Of a stretch of 64,000 nucleotides of DNA, positions 1 through 13,160 are shown piece after piece. Position numbers and translations under genes: made by a program. Origin of the DNA: Ginglymostoma cirratum. Lineage: Eukaryota. Each line of letters starts with the position of its first letter. Position 1 is the stretch's first letter. The notes beneath the pieces were generated by a model. The model worked only from the letters and a program-made list of their open reading frames with translations. It made no database searches and had not been told where the DNA came from. Location: positions 20,696,677 to 20,760,676 of the forward strand of contig JAHRHZ010000035.1 of NCBI GenBank assembly GCA_024137785.1, read 5' to 3'.

Positions 1-299
1 ACTTTGTATCTGATCAACAATGATTTCAGTTGTTTTGACAAATGCAAAATTCAGCTCTGAAACTTTCTGAAGATTACCTAAATTTTGGAAAGCTTTTCAA
101 CCAGGAGAAGATGTCCCTTGCTTTTATCTCTCAACTTTTTTTTTAGCAGATTGCAATGTGCTAGCCCACTCACCATCCTAATCTGATTCACATTGTCTAT
201 TACTTTCCTAAGCTTGAAAAAGATAATAACCAAAATAAAATGAAAAACAGCTTTATTAAAAAGGGGCACTTATTTATAGTTTTCACAGCAAAATTGTAT

Positions 300-410
300 C
301 ACAGAATCATTACAGTGCACGAGGCAACCATTTGGTCTATTGTGTCTGCACATGTTCTCTGAGCATTTAACTTAGTGCCAATCTCCTTCCCTTTCCCTGT
401 AACCCTGCAT
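300..410 (-). mobile_element. Degraded CR1-type LINE/SINE 3' tail
   Basis: acagaatcattacagtgca..gaggcaaccatttgg resembles the reverse-complement 3' end of the CR1 tails elsewhere in the window. Confidence 0.35.
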
Positions 411-3379
411 AATAGATAAAATAATATTAAAAAATATTACAGCAGACAAAAGTCAATTAACCCAAATACCTAAACCACTCAAATATTTCATAACACAATG
501 GAATAAATACTGAATTTAACTTAATATTGGATCGCTGACAATGTTACTGCACCAAATAACACTTCTGTTCTAAAACAACTAACAGTGAGAAATGCCATTG
601 GAGATGCAACATGTATCCCATGTCACTCCTGTGTAACAGTCTGTTGGAACACATTATGCTCAAATGTCTTGTATTCACAAAGTCTTGCAGTGTTACCTGG
701 ATGATATCCAAGTTCTTCCGGTAAATTCATTTGAATCAAATACAAATATATTTGACAATTGACTGACATGTACATTTACTATTTGGAATTTACTCATCAA
801 TATTTTCGAAAGAAGGAGCCTACCCAGAAGAAATTTAGCCACTTAAGCTGAATCTCTTCAATTTTTCTGCTGTTGCTGTAATCTTATTTTTAATAGCAAT
901 TTCAAAATTATTAATCCAGTGTAATTGACATACTTTGAACATCTATCTCAAGAATTTGCATTTATATCTACATATACCCTTGTTAAAATTTTCACATCAA
1001 GGCTTCAGACTCATTTAAAAGCTATGCTCATGGTTTGTGCTTTCCCTCAAAACCTAGGACTCTGTCTATAATTGACTGGATTGCTTGCTACAAGACCATA
1101 CACAAAATCTACCAGCATCCAACAGGCAAATACTCTCAAGGCACAACCTGGATTCTCTTTCCTCAGAATATAACAAGAAGGCAGTTCCTTTCATTTTCTA
1201 AATTATCGGAAAACCAGCTGGAGAATGAAGTTTAACAGCTTTATTCAAGAAAAGTTTTGCATTCCAACTGTGCTCATTTTACTAGATAGAATGTGTGTGC
1301 TAAAGCCTGCTGCTTGCAATATTATTCAAAAGCATGAAATAATTGTTTCTCTCCATAAAAACCTGGCAACATAGACCATTCATTTTAGGACTTATGTCCA
1401 AAGCAAATTCTCAATCCATCAGGGAATAAAGCTGCGAATGTTTTTCAAAATATATTAAATAACAAAATTAATAAGCATTTTTGAATACAATTTTTAATGT
1501 AAAACTATTATCAATTTCTTATAACAACAAAATATCCAATTAGAAAACCAATCTGCTTGAAGCTTTTTGAACGAAACAAACTTCACATGAAGCTTGCTTA
1601 TTTAGCTCCAGTTGCTATAGGAAAGAATAAGTTATTACAACCTAATATATGCAGGTAACATCTTTTAAACATCTAGTTTGTGCAAACATTGTGCAATGAG
1701 GATGTTGACATTGTCTGTGTATTGGCCAAAATACAAAATATGCAGCTTGGTTAGATTTAATGGCCAGTGATTCAAATCCAGACCCCTAACTTTGTGGATC
1801 TTGTAACTAATGGTCTGTGATCATGTCACCTTTTGAAAAACATAGCTTCACCAATTGGTGCTCAGCAATTGCAATATAGCCCAGGAAGCTGATGATTATT
1901 GTTTTCTGCAGAACATCAAGGGAGACGTAACTGGATCCGCTACGACTTAACTGGATCCAACCAGCAGCTTGGAAGGCCACAGGTTCTTTCAACACTTACT
2001 CATCCAAATAGCACTACGTAGAGTTCATAAACATCCGAAACTTTACCTCAAAGCTTTTAAAATTTGTCCTCCAGCTTGTTTCAAACCACTTGGGGAAAAA
2101 ATAATTTGAAATGCTGTTTGCAGCATGAGAAAAGGTTACATATGAACTAAACTGAAAGTATTATATAAGTATATGCAGGAAATTCTTCACAATACAGAGT
2201 TTCTCAGAATTACAGGTGTAAATGTTATTAGTAAATTTCTTTAGCTGATACTGTGTCTAACTCTGAAAGATGTCACATTCAAACTTCTGAAAGTACTGAG
2301 GCATTCAAGTAAAAGGTTTCTGGTAACACAAAGGCATAAACACCAATTTTACTGCTAATAATCGTGATGCTGCAACATGCATTTGTTCATGTCTTCATGG
2401 TGTCAACAGGATGAGAGGAAATATGTTTGCAAAAAGACTTGCAAAAGTATTTGTTTTTTTGAATGGTACATTTCTTTAATAACGATAAGTTACATATGAT
2501 CATATCCAAAGCAGTGAAATGGGAAAATCTGGAATTAGTCAGTTACCTCCAAACTGTGCCTGTGATTTAACCCTGTCAAGTGTGTGAAGGACAGCAAGTG
2601 ACTGCATATCTGCAATTTTGATGATATGATTCATGAATTTCCCCTGACATTGCTTGAGGTATGTCCAAAGGTACATGCTTTATAGTGTTAAAGACATTAT
2701 GCTAGAAAATCTGAAATAATTTCATTTGTTTTAAAGAAACCAGTGCTGTTTTGCTCAATTGGTTCATGAGTGAAGACTGTAACAGCTGCTCAAATAGTCA
2801 CAACATACTGTACTTACCAGCATTTAGTTAAAACGCTCACTATTCAACTGGACCAGAGAAATAAATACTTTCCAACTATACAGCCAGTTAATAATACCAG
2901 GCAACTGAAAACTAGTTCAATATTAAATAGGTTCAGAAAGGTGGAGCATTGACATTTTTAAAAATATTGAATAAAATCAAGTCTGCCCCTATTTTCAAAG
3001 TACCTTTTGATTCAGTCTTCCCTATTCTGTGTTTTTAAACGTTACTTTTATCCTCCCTTGTATTTTTCCGCATCGCACCTGATTAATTTGTCTTTCATGT
3101 ATTATTTCTGATTTTATTTCCATAAAAACTCCAATGCTTTCATATACATATGCATGCACTTTGAAAATGACAATCATTCCTGTAGCACTTCCTTGATATT
3201 TTTATTTTCAAAACTTCACAATTTGTGCTCAGTTATAATTAATCTTAAATAATTGTTCTTCCTCTAATTGAGCCTGCCATGACCCCCATTGTTGTTGATT
3301 CACATCAAGCAATAGATTCTATTATGACATTCACCTTAGAAATTTGCTGCTGCCCATCACTCCTCTACTCAGAAGCAAA

Positions 3380-3850
3380 GCAGATAGGAGCAGGGTTAAA
3401 TGATACAGCCAGTTGAGCCTGCTCTGCTATTCAACATAAATCGGAACTGATCTTGGGCTTCAACTCTAGATTTTGCCTCATCTCCACTTATCTTCATTCG
3501 CCAAAACCAAAAACATGTCTATCCCAGCCTTAAATACAGTCAACAAAACAGCATCCATAACTTTCTAGGGTACAGAATCAAAGGTTCGCAACTCTTCAAG
3601 TGGAAATCAATACTTTAACCTCAACCTGCACCTTCTCTATGTTCTAGATTCTCTAGCCAGTGGAAACAACTCAGTGTCTATCTTTCTAGCCCTTTCAGAA
3701 TCTTACATATTTCAGTGCACTCACCTTTAATTCTTCTAAACCTGAGAGAATATAAACTCAATTTACCCAGTTTCCCAACTTAAGTCAACCCTTTAATCCC
3801 AGGGATTCAACGTTATGATTTGCTCAGCATATAGAAATACACCTTCTTTC
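3380..3850 (-). mobile_element. Old CR1 LINE 3' fragment
   Basis: gagcctgctctgctattcaa...ctatcccagccttaaata...cattca/ttcttctaaac pattern shared with the tails at 6615, 29100, 40340 and 41325. Confidence 0.55.
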
Positions 3851-4211
3851 AAATAAATACACAGCATTTATTGGACAAACCATCTTATGAAACAGGTCCC
3901 ACACTCTCACTGTGATCCCCATCCCAACAACTGTGCTGAAGTTAGTCTGAGGTTTGTTTGCAGGATGGGACAGATTACTTAGAAGTATTTACCTTGCAGC
4001 AATGGAAATTAACTTAAACGGAATTAAAACAGATGCTCAGCTATATTTTGAAAAGCACAATTATTATTTTTCCCTGCTACTGCTCTGAAAAACATTTTAA
4101 AAATTCACTTCCTCCATCAGCCCTTCCACAGTCAGTAAGAGGCTTCACTGTGACACTTCCATTTCCTTTCTGTGCAAACCTCATTACTACCCCACACATC
4201 TGTTCTCTCAA

Positions 4212-4390
4212 GTAGATGCAACAGATCTCTTGGCACTATTTGGAAAGAGAGCACACAGGGTCACCCAATATTGGCTCATATTTATTTACCTCTAAACCAA
4301 CATCAGTAAAACTGATTACCAAATAATCATATTGCTGCTTCCAAGACCTTGATGTGCACAAACTAGTTCCTACATTGCAACAATCATGAT
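4212..4390 (+). mobile_element. Deu-domain SINE relic (SacSINE1/AmnSINE1-like), 3' half
   Basis: gatctcttggcactatttggaaagagag..atttatttacctctaaaccaacatc..aaaactgatta is homologous by eye to the reverse complement of 46985-47296. Confidence 0.4.
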
Positions 4391-4516
4391 ATCAATGGTA
4401 GTTTGAAAACTGCAAAACATCCCAAGATGAGGAAAAGCATGTTACTTTATTTCACTTTAAGAACCAAATCTCAGAACTATCCTCCCAAAATGGCTATCCA
4501 CAGCCTCATGTTAAAA

Positions 4517-6358
4517 CTATATAAAGGCACAAGGAATATACTTAAGAGAGAAATCAGAAGGGCAAAAAAGGGACATGCGATATCTTGGGCAAATAAGGTT
4601 AAGGAGAATCCAGAGGGATTCTACAAATACATTAAGTACAAAAAAGAGTAACTACGGACAGTATAGGGCACCTTAAAGATCAGCAAGGCCACTTATGTGG
4701 GCAACTACATGAGATTGGGGAGATACTAAACGGGTATTTTGCATCAGTTTACTGTGGAGAAGGATATGGAAGATAGAGAACGTGGGAAATAAATAGAGAC
4801 ATCTTGAAAAATGTCAATATGAGAGGAGGTAGTGCCAGATGTTTTAAAACAAGTCTTAAAAGATGGATAAATCCCTGGGACCTGATCAGGTATACCTAGG
4901 GCTCTGTGGGAAACTAGGGAAGTGATTGGTGGACTCCTTGCTCAGATATTTCTATCATCGATAGCCACAGGCGAGGTGCCGGAAGACTAGAGGTTGGCTA
5001 ACGTGGTGCCACTATTTAAGGAAGGCGGTAAGGAAAAGTCAGAACTATAGGTCACTGAGCCTGACATCAGTGGTGGGCAAGTTGTTGGAGAGAATTCTGG
5101 CAGACAGGATTTACATGTATTTGGAAAGGCAAGGACTGAATAGGGATAGTCAATATGGCTTTGCGCGTGGGAAATAGTGACTCACTAAATTGAGTTTTTT
5201 GAAGTTGTAACGGAGAGGATTGATGAGGACAGAGCGATGGACGTCATTCATATGGATTTCAGTGAGGTGTTCTACAGGGTTTCTCACAGTAGACTGGTTA
5301 GCAAGATTAGATCACATGGAATATAAGGAGAACGAACTCAAAAGGTGGTGGTGGACGGGTGCTTTTCAGAATGGAAGCCTGTGACCAGTGGTGTGCCACA
5401 AAGATTGGTGCTGGGTCCATTGCTTTTCATCATTTATATAAAATGATTTGGATGTGAACATAGGAGATACGGTTGCAGGTGACAATAAAATTGGACGTGT
5501 AGTGAACAGTGAAGGAGGTTAGCTCAGAGTACAACAGGATCTTGATCAGCTGGGACAATGGATCAAGGAGTGGCAGACAGAGTTTAATTTAGATAGATGT
5601 GAGATGCTGGATTTTGGAAAGGCAAATCAGGGCAGGACTTATACTCTTAATGGTAACAGCCTGGGGAGTGTTGCTGAACAGAGACTTTAGAGTGCAGGGT
5701 AACAGTTCTTTGAAAGCGGAGTCACATGTAGACAGGATAGTGAAGGTGGCATTTGGTATGCTTGCCTTTATTGGTCAATGCATTGAGTTTGGAGTTGGGA
5801 GGTCATGTTGCGGCTGTACAGGACATTGGTTAGGCCACTTTTGAAACACTGCGCGCAATTCTGGTCTCACTGCTATAGGAAGGATATTGTGAAACTTGAA
5901 AGGGTTCAGAAAAGATTTACAAAGATGTTGCCAGGGTTGGAGGGTTTGAGCTATAGGGAGAGGCTGCATAGGCTGGAGTTATTTTCCCTGGAGTTTCAAG
6001 AGCTGAAAGACATGATTTTATAAACCTCTATAAAGGTCACAAGGGGCGTGGACAGGGTGAATACTGTCCAAAACTAGAGAGCAGAAGTTTAAGGTGAGAG
6101 GGGAAACATTTTACCAGGGACATAAGGGGCAACTTTTTCCACAAAGAAGGTGGTGCGTGTATGGAATAAGGTGCCAGAGCAAGTGGTGGAGGCTGGTACA
6201 AAAACAGCATTTAAAAGGCATCTGGATGGGGATATGAATCGGAAGGCTTTCGGGGGATACGGGCCAAATAGGACTACATTTATTTAAGAAAGCTAGTCGG
6301 CATGGACAGGTTGGACCAAAGGGTCTGTTTCCATACCATGTATCTCTATGACTCTATA
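4517..6358 (+). mobile_element. 5'-truncated CR1 (HER1-like) LINE with frameshifted ORF2 RT
   Basis: Fragments LKREIRRAKKGH..ENPEGFYKYIK and LRLYRTLVRPLL..QFWS..YRKDIVKLERVQKRFTKMLPGL; CR1-type 3' end tctctatgactctat. Confidence 0.93.
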
Positions 6359-6614
6359 TCAAATTCTTACAACATCTACAGTCTCAATGTGCATTTAGAG
6401 CTGTACTCTTGACTCCAAAAATCCGACATGTAAAGATTTAGCACAGTGGGTCGCTGGAGTTGATTCTGCAAAGATTCAATGTGAGGTCCTAAGACTGACT
6501 GAGGAAACACTCAAAGGACAGTGTGTGACACAGCCTGGTGTGTCAACGAGATGGAAGCCTGCTAAACAGCCAGCTTGCAGTATTTAATCGAAAAGTTTAC
6601 ATATGCAAATTTGA

Positions 6615-6905
6615 CACAGGAAGGTGGTCACTTGGTCCCTCAAGCCTGCTCTGCAATTCAATAAGATCATGACTAATTTGGTCATGATCTAATTCCCAAC
6701 TACCCCGATCACCTCCTTATTTATAAGCACTCCTTGCTTATCAAGAAGCTATCTCAGTCCACCTCAGAAATATTCAAGGCTCCTGCTTCTTCTGCCTTTC
6801 AGACAGAGTTCCAAAGACTCATGACTCTCAAAAAAAATTCTCATCATTTTTGTCTTAAATGGGCACAACTTAGAACAGTGATTTCTCTAGTAAGACAAAA
6901 CATCC
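6615..6905 (-). mobile_element. CR1 LINE 3' tail remnant
   Basis: ggtccctcaagcctgctctgcaattcaataagatcatg..gagttccaaagactc matches the other tail copies. Confidence 0.55.
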
Positions 6906-9900
6906 TTTCCAATGCTTCATATTTGCTGGGAGTGTGGCATAAAGTACAAATGGGTTGTGAAATATTTCAGATGAGTTAATTACTTAATAGGTAAGTATTT
7001 TTGGCATAGTTAGTTATATTAAATACCTATTACCTAATGTTTAGTCTATGTTGATTTTAGCTTGTTTGTTACAGTACAAGTCTTAAAATGGGAACTCTTC
7101 TGCTATTCTATGTTGGTCACCTGGAAATTCATTATCGCTTTTTTAAAAACAATTGGTCTCTAAAGGAATTGGAACATGAAACACAGCATAAATTTCAAGT
7201 AAGATTGTATTAATATAAAACAAGACCTTGATTATAATAAACATTATAGAGGCAACCAAGACAGAGTAGCTTGGAACATTTGTCAGACTGTGTATTAATT
7301 CAGAAACTTAATGGACGTTATTATTGACTGAAAACATTGCACAAAAATTACACTGCACAAACACAGTAGTTCAGTTGTTTTCAACCAAGAATTTTGGAGC
7401 TGCTAAATATTGTCTGATTTTACTCTCGATGGAATGAATATACTGGATTTTACTAAAGTTAGATGTTACATAATAAACTCTTCTGAAAATCAAATTTAAA
7501 TATTTCTGTTAATTTAATTATAAAACTATAAACTTGAATACGCAAAATAATTAAATCAATTTACAGCTGTGACACCTGGTTACTGCAAAGCACTGTAAAT
7601 TCCTGAATTATGAAACTATCATATAAGCAATGTGAAATATGAATATACTGCAAAACAACTCCATGGAATAATATTTGCAATACTTTTTTATTGCACTTTT
7701 TGTGCAAGGGTGGCAAAATTTCAAAGTGAAAGATTTTTTAAATTGTGGATCAGCTGGTTCTTGTCTGGTAGTGGCATCCTTTCTTCATGTCATTTTGGTC
7801 TCCTGTGTGTAGTTTACTAAAGTTCCTGCACTGACTGACCGGTATCAAATAATGCCAATCCTGTGGTTTATAAACCAATCTTGGTACACACATCACTTTA
7901 AAGATCAACCACTTCCTCTACTGGGAGGCCAGATTTCACAGCTGAACTTTATCTTGTTACTCAGCCATGAGAGTTTCCTGTACTGGTCCATTAAGTCAAG
8001 CATGTAAGCTATTTATACCTGAAGTAACAGCCAGCAAATCTCGATTGCAAATTAACTTGGTCAGTCATCAATTAGGAAATAAAACACTTTGCTCTGTAAA
8101 TACATGCACAGTAGAACATGAATAGAAATGTAGTTGCTGAATAGGTTTCTTTCAAAATGGATTCAGGCAGAAGTGTCAACATGAACAAAAGAGGTTTGAA
8201 AAATAAGCTGGGAAATGCTTTTCAACAGAAGTAACTTTTATACAGTAATTTAAATCTCCCAAGGGCCAAAAAAAGGAAACACCAAACAGATGCTCAGCTA
8301 TCATCTGATGGTGCATGCATTATTTCTATCAAACAAGAGAACAAGAACATTATCAAGAATAATGGTCATAAATGCATTATATACCACAGGCAAAGTATTA
8401 AAGATGCCTTCAGTTGTGGTATTGTTTGAGTGTGCATTGCCCTTGTACAACTGTGTAATCACTAACTTCTTTCGACGTGTACAGGTTAAAATAAATTGCT
8501 AATTTCATTCCAAAACTCCTTTGCATTCTGTATTGTTTGTTTAAATTAAACCTAATCACATTTTACATGGATATTTTCTTTAAAAGTCTAACTGTTATGA
8601 AGAAAATGATTTGCTGCAATATACACATTAAATGACTGCATAACTACAAATGTTGAACAAAAACAAAAGTTTTAAAAAGTGCTTGAATTTGCTGGATATT
8701 AAAATGAACAATGTAAAATAATTCCAAATGATGTGTTGAAATTTGGAGATGAAAACACAGAAACTACTAAGTTCTACAAAAGATAAAATCTGAAAAACCA
8801 GAATCTACAGGAGTAACACATGGTTCAATTTGAATCTAAGAGAACCACGATCATATTGATCGTGCAAGTCTGGCGACTAGTTTTCACGTCAGCAGGAAGA
8901 TTGTTGTAGCATACACAAAGGTGTGCAAAGAAAATACCGCAGAATGCAAAAAACAAAATCAAAATCAATCTTGTGTCTGTCTTTAAATGACTTTAAAAGT
9001 TGTGTAATGTCAGAAGGAACCAAAAAAGGAGTATGTTATTGCAGTGGTTCTATAGCACTTAATGTAGACTAGCAACCGACATGGATAGGTTAGACAACTT
9101 AATACTATTTGGATCAAAGAGGACTCAAAGCCTGCCACTCAAAAAGGTGTCGATGGAAATTAATATGAAAACTTTAAAAGATTTCTTCTTGCAAGTGCAA
9201 ATGATATAAGAGGTAGTTTAAATAGCTTTGGAGAAAGAAAAGTTAGAAATGTTTTTGGTGATGAAACAACTAGCCACCTGTTGATGACAAAAGTAAAAAG
9301 AAGTTTTAAAAAAAACACAAGCATTCCACGAGCAAGATCCTCAAATACACCAACGTAGATCACCCGATGATTTTGCACATTTCTTAAAGGTCTATCATCA
9401 ATATTTCTTCTGTTCTGCGGGCTGGTTGCAATTTTGATTTGCATTAAGGGAGCAAATTAATGGAAAGAATCAACTTTTTTTTTTCTAAATTGGCTAATAA
9501 CAATCTCTTTGCTCCCTATAATTCCAACAAGTTTTCAAATTAAAAATGGAAGACAGTTAATATTTCTTGGCGTATTTGCTAATGACCAAATGGCATGCAG
9601 GTAATCCCCTTTCACACAACTCAGGGGTCTAACAAGAAAAAAAAATTAGAATGTTTCTCTTTTTGCAATCTTTCAAAATGTCTAAAAAGATGAAAACAAA
9701 TCTCCTTCCATCCTTTTCTTCGAATGCTTAGTTTCCACTTTTTCATCAACAAAAAGCATTTTGAGATGTTTTCCTCTACATGAAGGGTACAAGATAACCA
9801 CAGTTGTATTTTTTATGGTGCCATAACACCGAAAGATCCCAAATTGAAATAAGCCATACACAGGTTGTTACTATCAAAATGCAACTGAAAAGCATCTGAA

Positions 9901-9979
9901 GTTACATGCCCAACACTAATTTGTTTTTTTAAGTTATCCTCATTCTTCACAAAGGCATTTAATTAAAATTGGACATCCC

Positions 9980-10422
9980 GAGAGTCATACAGCATAGAAG
10001 CAGACCCTTCAGTCCAAGCCAAACATAATCCCAAGCTAAATTAGTCCCCACTGCCTCCTCCTGGTCCATATCACTCCAAATCTTTCCTATTCATGCAATT
10101 ATCTATCTTTTAAATATTGAAACAGTACACGCATCCACCACTTTCTCTGGAAGTTTGTTCCATATGTGAACCACCCTCTTTAAAAAAATTGCTCTCCACA
10201 TTTTTTTTTAAGTCTCTCTTATCTTAAAAATATGCCCCCTAGTCTTAAAATCCCCCATTTTAGGGAAAAGACACCTACCATTAACCTTATCTAACCCCTT
10301 ACCATTTTATAGACCTCTATAAAAGGTCGTTTCTCAACCACCTACACTCCAGTGATAAACGTCCCAGCCTTTCTTTATAACTCAAACCTTCCGTACCCAG
10401 CAACATTCTGGTAAATCTCATC
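9980..10422 (-). mobile_element. CR1 LINE 3' fragment
   Basis: Starts agagtcatacagcatagaa (reverse complement of the ctatgactct tail); minus ORF RFTRMLLGTEGLSYKERLGRL..RNDL matches the CR1 ORF2 C-terminus. Confidence 0.85.
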
Positions 10423-10695
10423 CCAGACTGTATTTGTTCTCCATTCTGAACCATTAACATGGTATCATTACAAGAACTGTCACTGGCCATGGTAAATCTG
10501 AAGTCAGTGTTTTGAAAGGCAATGCATTCTAATCTTGCCTTTGGTGTCAAATAGGTAGGACTTTAATCAAAACCTGCTTTAAAAGCTTGATCTGACGCTG
10601 GTGAAAACACAATTTTAAATCAGCATTACTTTGCAGCAAACTCAGTCAAATTTCCTCACGTGAAATTGTCAAGGCTTGTATTCAAACCATTAAAA

Positions 10696-11052
10696 GGGAA
10701 GGCAATGGCCTAGTGGTATTATTGCTGGGCTGTTAATCCAGAGACCCGGATAACATTCTGAGGACCCGGGTTCAAATCCCACCGAGGCAGATGGTGGAAT
10801 TTGAATTCAATAAAATACCTGAAATTAAGAATCTAATGATGACCAAGAATCCAATGTCGATTGTCAGGAAAAACCCACCTGGCTCACTAATGTCCTTTAG
10901 GGAAGGAAACTGCTATCCTTACCTGGTCTGGCCTACATGTGACTCCAGACCCACAGCAATGTGGTTGACTTTGAACTGCCCTCTGGGCAATTAGGGATGG
11001 GCAGTAAATGCTGCCTAGCCAGCGACATCTTCATCCCATTAACAAAAGAAAA
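10696..11052 (+). mobile_element. tRNA-derived SINE with LINE-derived 3' tail
   Basis: Pol III A box TGGCCTAGTGG (10706-10716) and B box GGTTCAAATCC (10769-10779). Tail gggcaattagggatgggcagtaaatg..gccagcgac matches the 3' end of the LINE at 47776-50600. A-rich end. Confidence 0.88.
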
Positions 11053-11190
11053 TATGCCTCATTGCTTAAATTTACTGATTAGAAAGCATGCATTTTAAAT
11101 GCCTTAAAGATTTCTGTTATGACTTTGTTATTAGCATAATGGGCTGACAACAATTTAGCAAAACTGAAATTTTGTCAGGTTATTGAATTT

Positions 11191-11226
11191 CAGATTCATA
11201 TTGAAATTCAGATTCATATTGAAATT
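11191..11226. repeat. Short tandem duplication (about 18-bp unit x2)
   Basis: cagattcatattgaaatt repeated back to back. Confidence 0.7.
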
Positions 11227-12374
11227 GGATTTTTAACATTAACTTGGGGTCAAGTTCCTTTAATCCGCAACTACAGGAATCAAAATGGATATTAATTTAA
11301 AATGAGCGCAAGTTTCATGAAGGGAATAACTACTTAATATCGACTAACTCACGTATTACTCCACTCAAATCTAGCATTTTTTTGCCAATTGAAATCCGTT
11401 TGCAACTCGAGACTGCCAAACCTGGTTACATTACTCTAAATTTACTTAGAGAAGCCCTGGTGTAGACAACATGGTGAAACTAACACTTAAATATAGTAAG
11501 CTCAGAGAATGTACTCTGGGTTTCAAATTTATAACCAAAACAGCCTTCACCACGTGCGGTTTAAGTAGCACGACTGGTAGCGCTACCCTGAATTTATGGC
11601 CAATGACACACACATATTTAATTTGTAACCAAATACTTCCCCTTCCTCTTAGCTCCCCTTAGAACTTTTGATTAACTCATATTTTTCTTAGTTCAGAGGT
11701 TAAATAAAGGAAGAAAGGTGTTCTGTGGTGAAATAGCCCAGAGCACTGCACAGAAAGAGGACTAATGCCATGGACATTAAAAGAATCAAAGCAATAAAGA
11801 TCCAGGGAATGACTTCAAGTTCAGAAGTTCAAAAAGGAAGAATAGGCATAAAAGTATCAATAAATGTAGCAAAGTAAAAAGGTCAAAATGTGATAAGCCT
11901 CTGTATTTGGTATGTTTTGAGTTTAATTGTGATGAGTGCACTAGCCTCTTTACAAGACAAAACATTTCTTTCAAAATCCGAGGTGACAATTTTACAACGA
12001 TATAGGTCATAAACAGTCAAATGTAAGGCTAAGACACCGTAATATGCCTGGTTGCTTTTTGCAAAGTAGGTTTGTTTTTTGTGCCTTCAGCGTGCAACCA
12101 TATCATCACTTCTGTGTAAGATCAGAGTGTGCTCAGTGCATCTGTCTGGTTATTCTGCGTATACAAACAAAACGAATTTTCATAAAAATCTAGTGACAAT
12201 CATATATAACCAACAGGGTTTTGTTTTAAAAAGTTAAAGCTTAATTTTAGTTAATGTAAAATAATTGATTTTTTTATGGAGTGAAGAAGGATGCTAATTC
12301 CGAGCAGTGCCTTCTACAGACATTCCTTGTCCATTAGAATTATCTATTTGATTGAAAGTTATTTATATAATTGA

Positions 12375-13160
12375 TGACGTGGTCCAACAAGAACAACCTC
12401 TCAACGTCGGCAGAACTAAAGTCCTGATCATTAACTTTAGAAAGAAAGGAGAAGAACACGCCCACATCTACATCAACGGAACTGAGGTTGAGAGGGTAGA
12501 GACCGTTCAAGTAACTCAGAGTGACGATAACCAACCTGTCCTGGACTTCCCATGCAGATGTGACAACAAGAAGGCACAACAAAGCCTGTTCTTCCTCAGG
12601 CAGCTTAGGAAATTTTGCATGTTCACAAGGATCCTCACCAACTTCTACAGATGCACCATTGAAAGCATACTGTCCAGGTGCATAACAGCCTGGTACGGCA
12701 ACTGCTCTGCTCAGGGCCATAAGAAACTACAGAAGGTGGTGTGCACAACCCAGGCCGTCACGGAAGCCAACCTTCCATCCATGGACTCCAAATACACAGC
12801 TCACTGCTACAGAAAAGCTGCCATCATCAAAGACCCATCGCACTCCAGTAGTGATCTCCTACAACCTCTTCCGTAAAGTAGACGATACAGATGCCTGAAC
12901 ACACGCATGAACAGGTTCAGGAACAGCTTCTTCCTGGCTGTTATTAGACTGCTGAATGGACTCTCAAGCCTGAAATAATGCTGATCTTGCTAACATTGAT
13001 CTCGCCTAGTGCACATCCTGTGCAATGTAACCTGTACGCCTCTGTCTAAGTCTTTTAACAACCTCTGATCTGTACATTTTTGTTACTATGATTTGCCTTT
13101 CCTGCTCATAAACAAAGCTTTTCACTGTACTTCGGTACATGTGACAATAAATCAAAAATC
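12375..13160 (+). mobile_element. Rex1/Babar-type non-LTR retrotransposon 3' end
   Basis: ORF 12352-12876 LNVGRTKVLIINFRK..INGTEVERVE..KKAQQSLFFLRQLRKF..LTNFYRCTIESILSRCITAWYGN is the typical Rex1/Babar RT C-terminus; ends gtgacaataaatcaaaaatca. Confidence 0.85.

Noticed and set aside
2047-2100. Possible next DENND1A exon (PKWFE.. with a gtaaag donor on minus)
   Set aside because: Only the WFE tripeptide matches the expected YLPWFEVFYKLL; the rest differs and there is no good acceptor.
8846-8864. Perfect 8-bp hairpin cacgatca-tat-tgatcgtg
   Set aside because: Too short; expected by chance in 64 kb.
9160-9444. 94-aa ORF / possible Tigger-like remnant (plus-strand SAGWLQF)
   Set aside because: A single short motif with no extended similarity or TIRs visible.
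10700-10790. tRNA gene (also at 36398 and 47490)
   Set aside because: A and B boxes belong to SINE heads; no complete cloverleaf, and SINE bodies follow.
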